DNA of 64,000 bases from the human T2T-CHM13v2.0 reference genome, Homo sapiens. Shown here one piece after another: positions 33,488 to 47,089 of the stretch. The stretch's first letter is position 1; every line of letters begins with the position of its first letter. Location of the stretch: NCBI RefSeq assembly GCF_009914755.1, contig NC_060945.1; one strand, 5' to 3'. Position numbers and translations under genes: made by a program. The notes below the pieces were generated by a model. The model had not been told where the DNA came from. It saw only the letters and a list, made by a program, of their open reading frames with translations, and searched no databases.

Positions 33488-35592
33488 GTAATTTCTCAAC
33501 CTAATCTCCAAGTTCAAGATACTTTTGTATGATACTAGGCATTTAATCGATTCCTAAACAACTGAGGGTCTTGGGAATTTAACCATGTCAATGCAGCCTT
33601 TTTTTATATTATTAACTGAAGAAACTGGGTTCCCTTTAAAGTTTTTTAAAATTAGAAAATAGAAAGAAGTCAGAAGAAACCAAGTCAGGACTGTAAGGTG
33701 GATGCCCCTGTTTGATGAGAGGAATGAGCAGGTGCATTGTCATGGTGGAGAACGTCTTGCTGGTGAAGCTTTCCCAGGTGTTCTTCTGCTAAAGCTTTGG
33801 CCAAGTTTTAAAAACACTCTCATAATAAGCAGATATTATTATTTTGCCCTTGAGAACATCAATAAGAAAAATGCATTGAGCATCCCTCAGAATTGTTGCC
33901 ATGACCTTTGCACTTGATCAGTCTGCTTTAGCTTTGAGTGGACCACTTCCACCTCTTGATAGCCATGGCTTTGATTATGCTTTGGATCATATGGGTAAAC
34001 CATGCCCTATCTCCTGCTGTAATTTTTTGAAGAAATCCTTCAGGATCTTGATCTTACTCGTTTAAAATTTCCACTGAAAGATCTGTTCTGAGATGGTATC
34101 TCATTGTGGTTTTGCTTTGCATTTCTCTGATGGCCAGTGATGATGAGCATTTTTTCATGTGTTTTTTGGCTGCATAAATGTCTTCTTTTGAGAAGTGTCT
34201 GTTCATGTCCTTTGCCCACTTTTTGATGGGGTTGTTTTTTTCTTGTAAATTTCTTTGAGTTCATTGTAGATTCTGGATATTAGCCCTTTGTCAGATGAGT
34301 AGGTTGTGAAAATTTTCTCCCAGTTAGAATGGCAATCATTAAAAAGTCAGGAAACAACAGGTGCTGGAGAGGATGTGGAGAAATAGGAACACTTTTACAC
34401 TGTTGGTGGGACTGTAAACTAGTTCAACCATTGTGGAAGTCAGTGTGGCGATTCCTCAGGGATCTAGAACTAGAAATACCATTTGACCCAGCCATCCCAT
34501 TACTGGGTATATACCCAAAGGACTATAAATCATGCTGCTATAAAGACACATGCACACGTATGTTTATTGCGGCACTATTCACAATAGCAAAGACCTGGAA
34601 CCAACCCAAATGTCCAACAATGATAGACTGGATTAAGAAAATGTGGCACATATACACCACGGAATACTATGCGCCATAAAAAATGATGAGTTCATGTCCT
34701 TTGTAGGGACATGGATGAAATCAGAAATCATCATTCTCAGTAAACTATCGCAAGAACAAAAAACCAAACACAGCATATTCTCACTCATAGGTGGGAACTG
34801 AACAATGAGAACACATGGACACAGGAAGGGGAACATCACACTCTGGGGCCTGTTGTGGGATGGCGGGAGGGGGGAGGGATAGCATTGGGAGATATACCTA
34901 ATGCTAGATGACAAGTTAGTGGGTGCAGCGCACCAGCATGGCACATGTATACATATGTAACTAACCTGCACATTGTGCACATGTACACTAAAACTTAAAG
35001 TATAATAATAATAAAAAAAAGAAAGAAAGATCTGTTCTGTCTGCAGCTGATCTGGGCACAACAGTTGTGCTCTCATCAAGTGGAAAGTGTGATCAACTTC
35101 AATGTTTCAGCCAGAATTGTGTAAATTAAATGAATTGAGATGTCTGTGATGTTGGCTATTGTTTCTGCTGTTAACCGTCAGTCCTTTTCATCCAGGGCAT
35201 AAACAAGATGAATTATTTTCCCAAAAATTGATGTGGCTGGTCTGCCGCTTCAGGCTTCGTCTTCAACATTGTCTCATCCCTTCTTAAAGTAAGTTATCCA
35301 TTTGTAAACTGCTGATTTCTTTGGGACATTGTCCCTATAAATTTTTCATAAAGCGTCAGTGATTTTACCACCCTTCTAAGCTTTATTATAAATCTGATGT
35401 TTAGCAAAACTCATGTTGCTCTAATAGGGGTTCTTTTAAAATTGATAGCTTATCTTTCTTAGTGCCTCAAACTAGATTGTGTTCAAATATGTTATAAGTT
35501 AGTGTGAGTTTATTTAGGTGCCAAAAAATTGAAATCCATGAATAATTTATCATAATACTTATTTTGCATGAACTTTTTGAAGCCCCCCTCAT
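33488..35592 (-). mobile_element. HSMAR2 mariner transposon (one TIR missing), split by an L1PA
   Basis: Right end catgaactttttgaagccccc..tcata is the HSMAR2 TIR; antisense transposase N-terminal sequence (ttatccatttgtaaactgctgatttctttggg). Confidence 0.9.
34091..35024 (+). mobile_element. Young L1PA2/3-like element with 5' inversion (twin priming)
   Basis: 34091-34322 antisense, 34320-35024 sense; 15-bp TSD gaaagatctgttctg at 34076-34090 and 35025-35039; ORF 34329-34679 is the L1 ORF2 C-terminus. Confidence 0.95.
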
Positions 35593-36096
35593 AAGAGATG
35601 AACCCACCACTAGTATCATACTAAATAGTGAAAAATTGAAAGCCTTTCCACTAGGATCAGGAATAAGAGAAAGATACCCACTTTTACGAGTTTTATTCAA
35701 CATAGTTCTGGAGGTTCTAGCCAGAGCAAGTGGGCAGAAGAAAGAAATAAAGGGCATTTAAATTGGAAAAGAAGAAGTCAAATTATCCTAGTTGTAGATA
35801 ACATGATTTTTACATAGAGAAAACTTAAGGATTCCACAAAAATCTTTTAGAACTGATATGTCAACTTAGTAAACTTGCAGGATACAAAATCAACCTACAA
35901 AAATCAGTAGCATTTCTCTACACTAACAATGATCCACCTTAAAAAGCAATCAAGAAAGCAATTCTTTTTTACAATAGCTACCCCCAACAAAAAAATCCCT
36001 AGGGATAAATGTAAACAAAGAGGTGAAAGATCTCTACAGAAAAAAAAAAAAAAAAAAAAAGTTAAAAAAAAAAATTGTTGAAAGAATTTGAAGAGG

Positions 36097-36292
36097 GGCC
36101 AGGCACGGTGGTTTATGCCTGTAATCCCAGAACCCTGGGAGGCCAAGATGGGCAGATGGCTTGCACTCAGGAGTTTGAGACTAGCCTGGGCAACATAGTG
36201 AAACCCCGTCTTTACTAAAAATACAAAAATAAACTGGGTGTGGTGGTGTGCACCTGTAATCCCAGCTACTCAGGAGACTCGGGTACAAGAAT
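36097..36292 (+). mobile_element. Alu, 3'-truncated, inside L1 ORF2
   Basis: Left arm plus start of right arm; no tail. Confidence 0.85.
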
Positions 36293-37929
36293 CTCAACAG
36301 AAGCATATCTCATGTTCAAGAATTTGAAGAATTAATGTCATTAAAATGTCCATACTACCCAAAGTGATCTACAGATTCAATGTAATCCCTATGAAAATAC
36401 CAATGACATTCTTCACAGAAATAAAAAGAATAATTCTAAAACTTATATAAAACCACAAAAGACCCTAAAGCAATGCTGAGCAAAAAGAATAGAGCTGGAG
36501 GCATCACACTACCTGACTTTATACTACAAAGTTATAGTAAGCAAAACAGCACGATAGTAGCATAAAAACAGACATATACGTCAATGGAACAGAAGGGAGA
36601 ACCCAAAAATAAATCCATGAATTTACAGCCAATACATTTTTTACAAAGCTGCCAAGAAGATACATTGGGAAAAGAATTGCCTCTTGAATAAATGGTGCGG
36701 GGTAAGCTGGATATCCATATACAGAAGAAAGAACCCAGACCTCTATCTCTCACCACATACAAAAATCAACCCAAAATGAACTAAATACTTAAGTGTAAGG
36801 CTGTAAACTATAATATGAAACTACTGGAAGAAAGCATTGGGGAAATGCTACAAGACATTGGTCTAGGCAAAGATTTTTTTGGGGTAGGACCTCAAAAGCA
36901 CAGTCATCAAAAGCAAAAATAGACAAATAAGATTACATTAGGATAAAAAGTTTCTGTACCGCAAAGAAAACAATCAACAAAGTGTAGAGGCAACCTACAG
37001 AATGGGAGAAAATATTCGCAGGGAGAAACTACATGACAGGGAATCAATAACCAGAATATATAAGGAACTCAAACAACTCAATAGCAAAACACAAATAATC
37101 TGAGTTTTAAATGGGCAAAAGACTGAAATCAACAGTTCTCAAAAGAAGACATACAAATGGCCAACAGGTATATGAAAAATGCTCAACATCACTAATCAGC
37201 AGATAAATGCAAATCAAACCACAATGGGGTATCATCTCACCCCAGTTGAAATGGCTATTATCAAAGGACAAAAGATAACAAGTGTTGGGGAAAAAATAGA
37301 AAAAAAGGATCCCTTATAAACTATTGGAGAAATGTAAATTAGCATAGTCATTGTAGAAAACAGTATGGAGTTTTTCAAAAATTAAAAATACAAATACTGT
37401 ATGATCCAGCAGCCCCACTACTTGGTATATACCCAGAGGAAAGGAAATCCATGTATCAGAGACATATCTGCACTCTCGTGTTTATAACAGCACCATTCAC
37501 AATAGCCAAGATAGGGTTTAACCTAAGTGTCCAACAATGGTGAATGGATAAAGAAAATGTAGTGTACATACACAATGGAATACTATCCAGCCATTAAAAA
37601 GAATGAAATCCTGACATGTGACAACTTTAATGAACCTGGAGGACATTATAGTAAGTGAAATAAGCCAGGTCCAGAAAGACAAATACCTCATGATCTCACT
37701 CACATGTGGAATATCAAAAAGCTTACTTCATCCAAGGAGAGAGTAGAACAGCGGTTACCAGAGACCTGCGAAAGTAGGAGGGAGGAGGGGATACGGAGAG
37801 GTTGGTCAACAGGTACAAAGTTACAGTTAGGAGGAGTAAATGCTGGTTTCTACTGCACAGTAGAATGAGTAAAGTTAACAATAATGTATATTTCAAAATA
37901 GCCAGAGAGGTAATTTTGAATATTTTCAC

Positions 37930-38276
37930 TGATATGGGTTGGCTGTGTCCCCACCAAAATCTCAACTTGAATTGTATCTCCCAGAATTCCCACGTTTTGG
38001 GAGAAACCCAGGGGGAAGTAATTGAATCTTCCCCGAGCCATTCTCATGATAGTGAGTAAGTCTCATGAGAGCTGATGGGTTTATCAGGAGTTTCCGCTTT
38101 TGCTTCTTCCTCATTTTCTCTTGCTGCCGCCATGTAGGCAGAGCCTTTCACCTTCTGCCATGATTGTGAGGCCTCCACAGCCACATGGAACTGTAAGTCC
38201 GATTAAACCCCTTTCTTTAGTAAATTGCCCAGTCTCAGTATGACTTTATCAGCAGCATAAAAAAAGGACTAATACA
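37930..38276 (+). mobile_element. THE1A-like solo LTR in the L1MA 3'UTR
   Basis: tgatatgg...ctcaacttgaattgtatctcccagaattccc...actaataca; TSD ttcac/ctcac. Confidence 0.9.
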
Positions 38277-38584
38277 CTCACCGCAAAGAAATGAGAAATG
38301 TTTGAGGTGAAAGGTATGCTAATTACCTTGATTTGATCATTACACAATGTAACATGTATTGAAACATAACATTGTACCTCATAAATATGTGCAATCATGT
38401 GTCAATTAAAATTTTAAAAAGAGAAATATGCACAAGATGAAAAGCTATCACTTTAATCCTGGTGGAGCCAACGGATAGATAAAACGTGGACCCTTGACAT
38501 ACCACTGGGCTGATCAACAGAGCTGAGAACCTCCTGTCTCCAGACTTCTGGTTCATTAGTTAATGAATGCCTTGTGATTTAAGC

Positions 38585-38766
38585 CAGTGGTGCTCAAAGT
38601 GAGACACCTAGACAAGCAGCAGCATGGCCATGGAACTTGTCAGAAATGCAAATCCTTGGGCACCACCCTAGACTAAATGAAAAACCCTGGGGGTGAGGCC
38701 CAGCAACCTGTTCTTTAACAAGTCCTCCAGGTGATGCTGATGCAAGCTAAACTTTGAGAACCTCTA
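38585..38766 (+). mobile_element. MER5A
   Basis: cagtggtgctcaaagt...actttgagaacctcta; 8-bp TSD atttaagc at 38577-38584 and 38767-38774. Confidence 0.9.
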
Positions 38767-38913
38767 ATTTAAGCCATCGGTAGTTGTGTTTTGGTTATTT
38801 TTGACTGAAAGGGTTCCTGACTAACATGAGCAATTGTGTCAGATCTCAGTAAGTGTGTCTTCTCTATTATTTATTACACAGGATTTTTCTTCTAACAATC
38901 CCTATTGCTCTGT

Positions 38914-40983
38914 TGATGGCAGCAGCAGGCCATTCAAAGCGGCTGCTGCCATGGCACCTGCTGCGGTGGGGTGTGGGCCCTGGCCACCGGTCCTCAGGTG
39001 CTGACGCTGAGGCAAACGGTGTCTGGGGCTTGCCACCTGGGAGCTGCTGCAGTGGGGCCAGACAGGGCCAGGCCACCCTCCAGCAAGGGAATGGCATAGT
39101 CAGGCATGGAGGGGTCCCAAGGTGAAGATGGGCCCAGGGTAGTGCTGCCCTTGCACATGGAGCACAGGGACTGGGCCCAGAACATGGAGTGGTGGCCACA
39201 CTTCAGGGGCCTGGGACAGGAAGCAGGAGTGGCACCCATTTCCCAGACCCAGCCAGCCAAGCAGCTGCTGCGCCCACCCTGCCCACGGTACCAGGGTCCT
39301 GTGCCTCAGCAGGAGGCTCAATGCGGGGCTGCCTGAGGCCGTGTCCATAGGATCCACCCCACGTCAGGGTGACTGCAGAGCCTGGCACTCCCACAGCCAG
39401 GCTGGGGCCCGCAAGCTGCTCCCAGAGGCTACCCCCAGCAGGATTGTGAGCTGGATTGGGGGGGGGGGGCACCCCTGAGCACCAGGGTGTAGGAGGAACT
39501 TGCGGCAATGTCACCCCTGCCTCAGTCGCCAGCCCAGCCAGGCAAGGGGCTGGAGCCCTGCCCCAGCTGCAAGGAGGCAAACAGGGCAGCAGAAGCGGCT
39601 GTGGGAGTAGCAGTGGCTGCAGTGCGTCCCCTGTGCCCCATGTCCCCAAGGCAGCTGACTGTGCTACCCCCACCCTCGAACAGCCTAGCAAGACCCACTC
39701 CCAGGCCCAGAGCCTCCTCTGCAGGCTCAACCTCACTCCTTGTCGTGTCGCAGGAGCCCATGAGCACCCGGCCAAAGGCACAGCCAGGACTTCCAGGACC
39801 AGTCCCAGGAGGCTCAAGTTCATTTGTGCAAGGTTGGCTTGGACCACCATGCCACCCCCACCTCAACCACTGCCACTTCAGGGAGATGCAGAAAAGGGGC
39901 ATGGCCAGGGCTGTGTACTCTGCAGAGCTGGGGACAGGCAGGAGCCTCAACCCACCCTTCCCCAACCCATTGGCAGGGTTGGAGCTCCCCAGGAGCAACT
40001 GTAGCCACCCAGCTCACGGCTGTGGGCCTAGGCCTCCCAGTCCTCTTGGGGCAGGAGGGCCCCCTCCATAACCGCAGACTCGGGGGTGTCTGTTCCCGCT
40101 GCCTGGCCTCTCCCCACTCCCAGCACCTGCTCCGATCTTGAAGCAGAGTTGGGGCACTGTTGCAGCCCAGCTGGGTATGTGCAGGCTCAGGGAAGTGCTG
40201 ACATGCTGGTCCCATGCCACCTCAGCCCCTCTGGACTTTGGGCACCAATGGAGGGAGGCCAAGATGGGGCTCGAGAGCAGCTCAGAACTGGCCTGCAGCA
40301 GCCCCTTGGCTCCAGCAGCCTGGATGCCATGGGTAGGAGGATGCACACAGGCTCTTGGGTGGGAAGGGGTGGGTCCCCAGTTAGGCCCCACCTTCAGGCC
40401 AGGGAGGGCCTGAAGGCTGGGGCTCAGGCTTCTAGTCCCACAGACCAGAGTGGGGACTTGTGGTGCCTTTTCCTGCCTGCCTATAACTGCCCATGGACCA
40501 ACTGGCACTCACTTCCACCACTCTGAGGCCCATAAAAGCCCCATGCTCAGCCAGCACAGAGCAGAGGATGGAGAGATGTCAAGCTGCAGAGAGGAGCTAC
40601 CCTCTCCAGTGCCCCTCTCTGCTGCCAGCAGCAGATGTCGGGATGACCAATGGCAGAGAGGAGCCATCCACTCCAGGCCTCCTCTCTGCTGTCAGCTGCA
40701 GAGACGATGCAATGACCTGCCTCGAGAGACAAGCCACCCACTCCAGGGCCTCCTCTCTGCTGAGAGCTGAACTCTCAATGGGACAATCTGCCTACAGGGA
40801 AGAGATACCCACTGCAGGTCTCTTCTGAGCCGTTCCAATACTCAATAAAGCTCTTCATGTTGCTCACCTTCCACTTGTCTGTGTACCTCATTCTTCCTAG
40901 ATGCAGAACAAGAATTTGGGCAAAGGCACCATGGCCACAGAGGTTTCCAGCCAGAAAAATGACACCCCAAAAATCCAGTAACA
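38914..40983 (+). mobile_element. MER52-like long GC-rich ERV1 solo LTR (~2.07 kb)
   Basis: TG..CA ends; 4-bp TSD ctgt at 38910-38913 and 40984-40987; cataaaa at 40531; aataaa at 40844; repeated ccctctccag..cctctctgctg units. Confidence 0.85.
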
Positions 40984-41844
40984 CTGTCACAAGGTTACAG
41001 TTTACTTACAGTGCACATAAATATTCAGAGAAAATCATCATCATTTCTTTACTAAATGTTCTATATTTTTTGCCAATTTCTACCTTGCTAAATGGTGTGT
41101 GTGTGTGTATCATGTACACACGTTTGTGTGCATCAGAACAATTAGTCAATATTCTTATCTTTGCAGGTTGAAATAATCTCTTTTTAGTGTAGTCTACTCA
41201 AAGTCAAATTCTTACTAAAGCTGATTTATTGTTGTTTGGCCTTCTCAGCCTCTTTAGTTGCAGTGCTTAGTCTCTCTCAGCACTCCTCTCCTAGTGGGGG
41301 GTGGCCCATGCAATTTTTTGGCAATGGGATGGAAGCATCCCAGATCCATATTATCTTCTGGCTCCAATGATCTCTGGGCCAATGTCCCCTGCCTACCTGG
41401 TCATGCTCCTAGTGATGGCACTGATGGCTGGATTTGGTGGTTGGTGTAACAAAAACTTTTGTTCCTCCTTTGTCCAGTCCCTTCTGGAACTTTCTGTCTG
41501 CCTGACTACCCTGAGATCTGTGGTCTTTGCAATTCCTTGGAGTCTTGGGTCTGGAATCCCTTGTCAGTGCCACGCCCTCCACACAGTGTCTGGCCTTGCT
41601 TGTAGCATCACATCACCCCACCCCAACAAGTTGAATGGTTCTAAGTCCCCAGTGAAGGCCTACAAGAAATTTTGAGTCCTGTTCATGCCATGAATGATTC
41701 CGGAAAGCAAAACTCAATCCTAACCTTGATCTGAAGCATAAAATTCACTTTGCTAGTCTATCCCATGTTGGTAAAGAAGAAACCTTTGAGATGGTTTCAT
41801 TTTAGAGTTTTTAAAGTCCCTTGCTTATCTAAAAGGCCAAAGAC

Positions 41845-42722
41845 CTGAAGTTCCCAACCTAGGATGATGTTGTTTCCCAGGAGACCCTTGACAATGTCTG
41901 GGCGGGCACCTTGGGTTGTCATAACTTGGGGGGAGGTTGCTACTGGCATCTAATGAGCAGAGGCCAGGGATGATGTTAAACACCCTAGTAGATTGTGGTT
42001 GGCAGCATCCAAGATTCCTTCCCCTGGTAGCCATGCCTTGCATAACCCTCTCTTCCTGCATATGGACAGGACCTATGAAAATGATGAGATATTGCTCTTA
42101 TGTTTATGTTACTTCCTATGGCCAATGGAACTTGGCAGATGCAATTAAGATCCCTAATCAGTTGACTTTGAGGTAAGCAAAATGAGACTATCCTGTGTGG
42201 ACCTCACCTAATCAGGTGAACCTTAAAAGAGACAAGAAGCAGTAGTAAACAAGCTCCTGCTGGCCTTGCAGAAGCAAATAACCCATGCGGGGGTTCTTGG
42301 GAATTTTTAATTCAGGGGGCCTCGTGGCAGGAACTGCAGGTGGCCTCTAAGAGCTGAGAGTGACTCTTATCCAATAAGTCAGCAAGAAAATAGAGACTCC
42401 CATTTTACAACCATAAGGAACTGAACTCTGCCAACAATCTGAGTAAGCTTGAAAGAGAATCCCAAACCTCAGATGAGAATTGCCCAAGCAACACCTCAAT
42501 TTCAGCCTTGTAACTCCCTAAGCAGGGCGCCCAGCGAGGCAGCAATTGGACTTCTGACCCACGGAAACTGAGAGATAATGGATGTATGTGAATTTAAATC
42601 ATTAAGTTTGAGGTAATTTGCTATGTAGCAATAGAAAACCAATACAAATACACAGGAAAGCCCCCACAAAACAAGGCATTATCTGCCCAAAATAGCAACA
42701 GTGCCACTGTTGAGAAACCATG
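41845..42722 (+). mobile_element. MER20 split by an MLT1E/F-like LTR (41994-42646)
   Basis: MER20 halves (gacaatgtctgg...gctactggcatctaat / ttatctgcccaaaat...ttgagaaaccatg) flank an LTR tgtggttggcag...aatagaaaaccaataca. Confidence 0.8.
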
Positions 42723-43987
42723 CCCTGGAGGGAACATGTGTGTCCTCCCCACCACTCTTTCCCCCTATCCCTAAAGAACAGAAGGAGAGAATGTCCGAGC
42801 ATTTCACTTTCTCAGCCTGTACTCCTATTTTACTCTTTTCTAGGTTCACAAACCACAAAGCTGTGTACATAAAGTGTGGGGAGAGGAGCAGGAAGCAGAT
42901 ATCTGGGAGACTTTGGAAAAAACTGGAATCTCCTGAAGGAGAGATGCCCAAGCAAGTAGGGCAGCTGTGAGCCAGAGAAAGGTCAATGGGAGTTAGTACT
43001 GAGTTTTGATGCATGAGGTGCAATGAAAGCATGTCTTCTTAACCCATGACATTGTCAGCAACATCTTTTTTCTTGTTAATGCTGTGTGTCTTTAGATTTG
43101 CTTTTGAGTGTTGCCAACAAGACACTGAAAATAAGAGTCCTGCTTTGTAGTGAGAATGAGGGTGAGAACAGAGACTTTCCTGGTTACTTGTGAAATTCCC
43201 AGGAAGACTTTTCGCAGCTGGCATTACGATGCCAATTATTACAATTTTATGGATGAGGAAATTGAGGCTAACAGATGTTGGGCAATTTTCCAAAGTTATT
43301 TAGCTAATGATCCACCAAACAAGGATTTTAGACTTCAGGATGTCTAATGATGGCTCCTACAGGATCCTCACTGCTCTATTACCATGTATTCATTACTTCC
43401 ATAAAGATTCTGTATAGCAGGGGCACTCAATGCTGGTTACACTCAAATGACCCAGGAAGCTTTTAACATAACTCTGACGTCCTGGTCCTCCTCTTGCTCA
43501 TCCCCACACCTGAACATCAGAGAATCTGATTTCATTGCACTGGGACATGGTCCCAGGACTAGCAAGAGCTCCTAGATGGTTCTCATATGTGTGCCCAGGG
43601 TTAAGAACCATTATTCTAAAAACATGATTCTCTTTAGTCCATAGTGATTACAATATGTCCAAGCCCATTTGTTTCTTTGGCATTTTTCAAATCGTTTCTC
43701 TTTCTGTGATATCAATGATTACATAATCTTATTTATCATTCTAAGGGCCTGGGTTTGTTTGTTGTTAGTTTGTTTCCACAGGAAAAATATACAGCGGCAA
43801 AGCAGGTAGCAAATGCTAAAAAGAGATGCAGTGATGTAAAGAGAAGCCCTGTAGCACTTTCTCAGCAGGCCATCCCTCGCAAAGTATCACCCTTGGCATT
43901 CGCTGACTCTTAAACTATTTAATCTTGGTCACAAGTACACAAACAAGGAACAAACAATGTAGTAAGTCTTCAACTTACCACTTGTAA

Positions 43988-44377
<390 letters not shown>

Positions 44378-44654
44378 AGGATTTCTTCTTAAAATGTATT
44401 TACTATTCCTTTCCTTTCAGAAATTGTTTTTTATTTTTTTATTTGAAGAGGACAGGGGAGAGAACTGATGAAGATTAAGATGCTCAGGTACAATTAAAAT
44501 TAACCAATCCCCAATCACATTTACAGGAAACGTGAGGTGCCTGATTTTTTTTCCATTCATCATGATTATTTAATTTAGCCACATAAACAATGTACAGCAT
44601 CCTTCATCATCTCACAGATCAAAAGCAGAGCAAAAGTACATGTGTCCCAAATAA

Positions 44655-45282
<628 letters not shown>

Positions 45283-45374
45283 TAAGGAGGTAAGCATTGA
45301 TAATAACAATGATGAGAGCTAATGTCCATAAAACCCCAACAATGTACAGAGTCTGCTCTCAGCCCCTCGGGTGT

Positions 45375-45483
45375 CTTATCCCCTAAGTCCTCAGTTCCAG
45401 TGGCAATTTCTTAGAGAACACCTGTATGACCTCCCTGACTAGGTCAATTGTTCCAATCACATGCTCTCCTGGTACCTCAAAAT

Positions 45484-45539
<56 letters not shown>

Positions 45540-45691
45540 ATATTTACCATTATACCATTTTATATACATATATATACACAAACGTATATATACACATAAA
45601 CACATATCTACACACATATACGTTCATATGTGTGTATATATTTATATATGTATATGTATGTGTATATATATAATTTCAAGGTGCAAGTAGA
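45375..45691 (+). repeat. Dispersed direct copy of 46809-47089, inserted into a MIR
   Basis: Near-identical cttatcccctaagtcctcag...tttcaaggtgcaagtaga at both sites; antisense MIR halves at ~45300-45380 and ~45709-45845. Confidence 0.95.
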
Positions 45692-46808
45692 CATGAAACA
45701 TGTAGTAGTCATTTAAACTTCGCTGACAGCCCTATGAGGTGCATGACGAAGAAACTGAGGCCAGGAAAAGAGAATAACATCTCAGTGTGATAGGGTTTGT
45801 AAGCAGTACAGCAGGGATTTCAATACAGATTGTCTGGTTCCAAACCCCTTCCATGGGAAAAAAAAAAAAAAGGAAAGAAAGAAAAAAGAAAGTAAAAATG
45901 AGAGGAGAGGAGAGAGGAGAGGGCATTAAGTAAAGAAACTTGCTTAATCAGTAATTCCTGCATTCATATTGCAGGTAAATTAGACCTAACTTCAAACTAT
46001 ATCTGGGAGAAAAAATGTCCATGAAAGTCTTTCTCACTAAAACAAAAAATAAAGGCATTAGGCTGATTGGTAGAGGTGCTTGCCCTGCACAAGTCTAATA
46101 ATGACCAGAGCTTCTGCTGAACTGTAGGAGGCAGCATTGTGGTTACCCTCTCTCTACCTGGCATTCAGGACTTGCCAGGCCAGCCTCATCCTTCCTCATT
46201 TCTCATGGTCTACTGTACTACCACATCTACTCTGCCTACCACCTCCCACTAATCACCTGCCCGCATTGTTGCTGGAGTCATCTTTTGAATATGTACCTCT
46301 TCAAGAAATGGCCATGACTTCATATTATCCTTGGGATGAAGGATCCCAAACTTTCTCAGTCACAGCGATTTTGTGTTTTGGTCATTTTTCATGGCACTCT
46401 CAAGTAAAAACAAACAAACAAACAAAAAAACCTACTACCCTACCGATGTATTACTTGGGTCCAAATAACTTAATAGTAGTAGCTCATGGGGTGTCCAAGA
46501 GATGTTGCCGTTTCCCTCAAACATTTAAAATATCTCAGGGCAGCCCTGTAGGTTCATTGTGGCACCTCCAGGCACCTAAGCATACAGTTTGGAAAATTCA
46601 TCTTATGAGGATTCACACCAAAGGCCTTAGAGCAGCCATCTATGCCCTGCCAATTCTCCTTTACTCACCCGCCTGGTCTCATACTTGTGGCTCCCCCCTC
46701 AACTCTCCGTTTCAACCACATTTCTAGGCCACTTACAAATACCACCTTCTACCCAAAAGACTTTCTCCCCATCCAACCCACCAAACCTTTTTGCTTAAGT
46801 GAGGCTTG

Positions 46809-47089
46809 CTTATCCCCTAAGTCCTCAGTTCCACTGGCAATTTCTTAGAGAACACCTGTATGATCTCCCTGACTAGGTCAATTGTTCTAATCACATGCTC
46901 TCCTGGTACCTCAAAATTGTATAAATATATATATATATGTTATATTTACCATTATACCATTTTATATATGTATATATACACACAAACTTATATATACACA
47001 TAAATACATATCTACACACATATACGTTCATATGTGTGTATATATTTATATATGTATGTGTATATATATAATTTCAAGGTGCAAGTAGA
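46809..47089 (+). repeat. Donor copy of the 45375-45691 duplication (inside an L2 relic)
   Basis: Same sequence, followed by an L2 3' end (ctggcacgtagtag...tgaataaataagtgaat). Confidence 0.9.

Larger units (their letters stand above)
29155..38420 (+). mobile_element. Near full-span L1MA-like element (5'UTR, ORF1, partly deleted ORF2, 3'UTR) with nested insertions, sitting in an old MLT1 LTR
   Basis: caagatggctgactaga 5' end, ORF1/ORF2 remnants ([13 protein letters not shown]), L1MA-type 3' end; candidate TSD aagagaaat on both sides; MLT1-like sequence at ~29085-29150 and ~38430-38826. Confidence 0.8.

Noticed and set aside
33028-33532. Y/I/H/M-rich ORFs (also at 45.4 and 55.3 kb)
   Set aside because: They are translations of TA-rich microsatellites.
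34329-34679. 116-aa Cys-rich ORF
   Set aside because: It is the C-terminus of L1 ORF2p in a truncated insertion, not a gene.
38853-40990. Dense cluster of overlapping ORFs up to 215 aa on both strands
   Set aside because: All lie in or overlap the GC-rich MER52-like LTR, where stop codons are rare; there is no recognisable domain.
41200-41750. Possible ancient LTR or exon (ORF 41301-41675)
   Set aside because: I could not assign a family, termini or splice sites from the sequence alone.
46137-46727. 196-aa plus-strand ORF
   Set aside because: It starts at a non-ATG codon, runs through L2 and hAT-like relics and an AAAC repeat, and has no recognisable domain or splice support.
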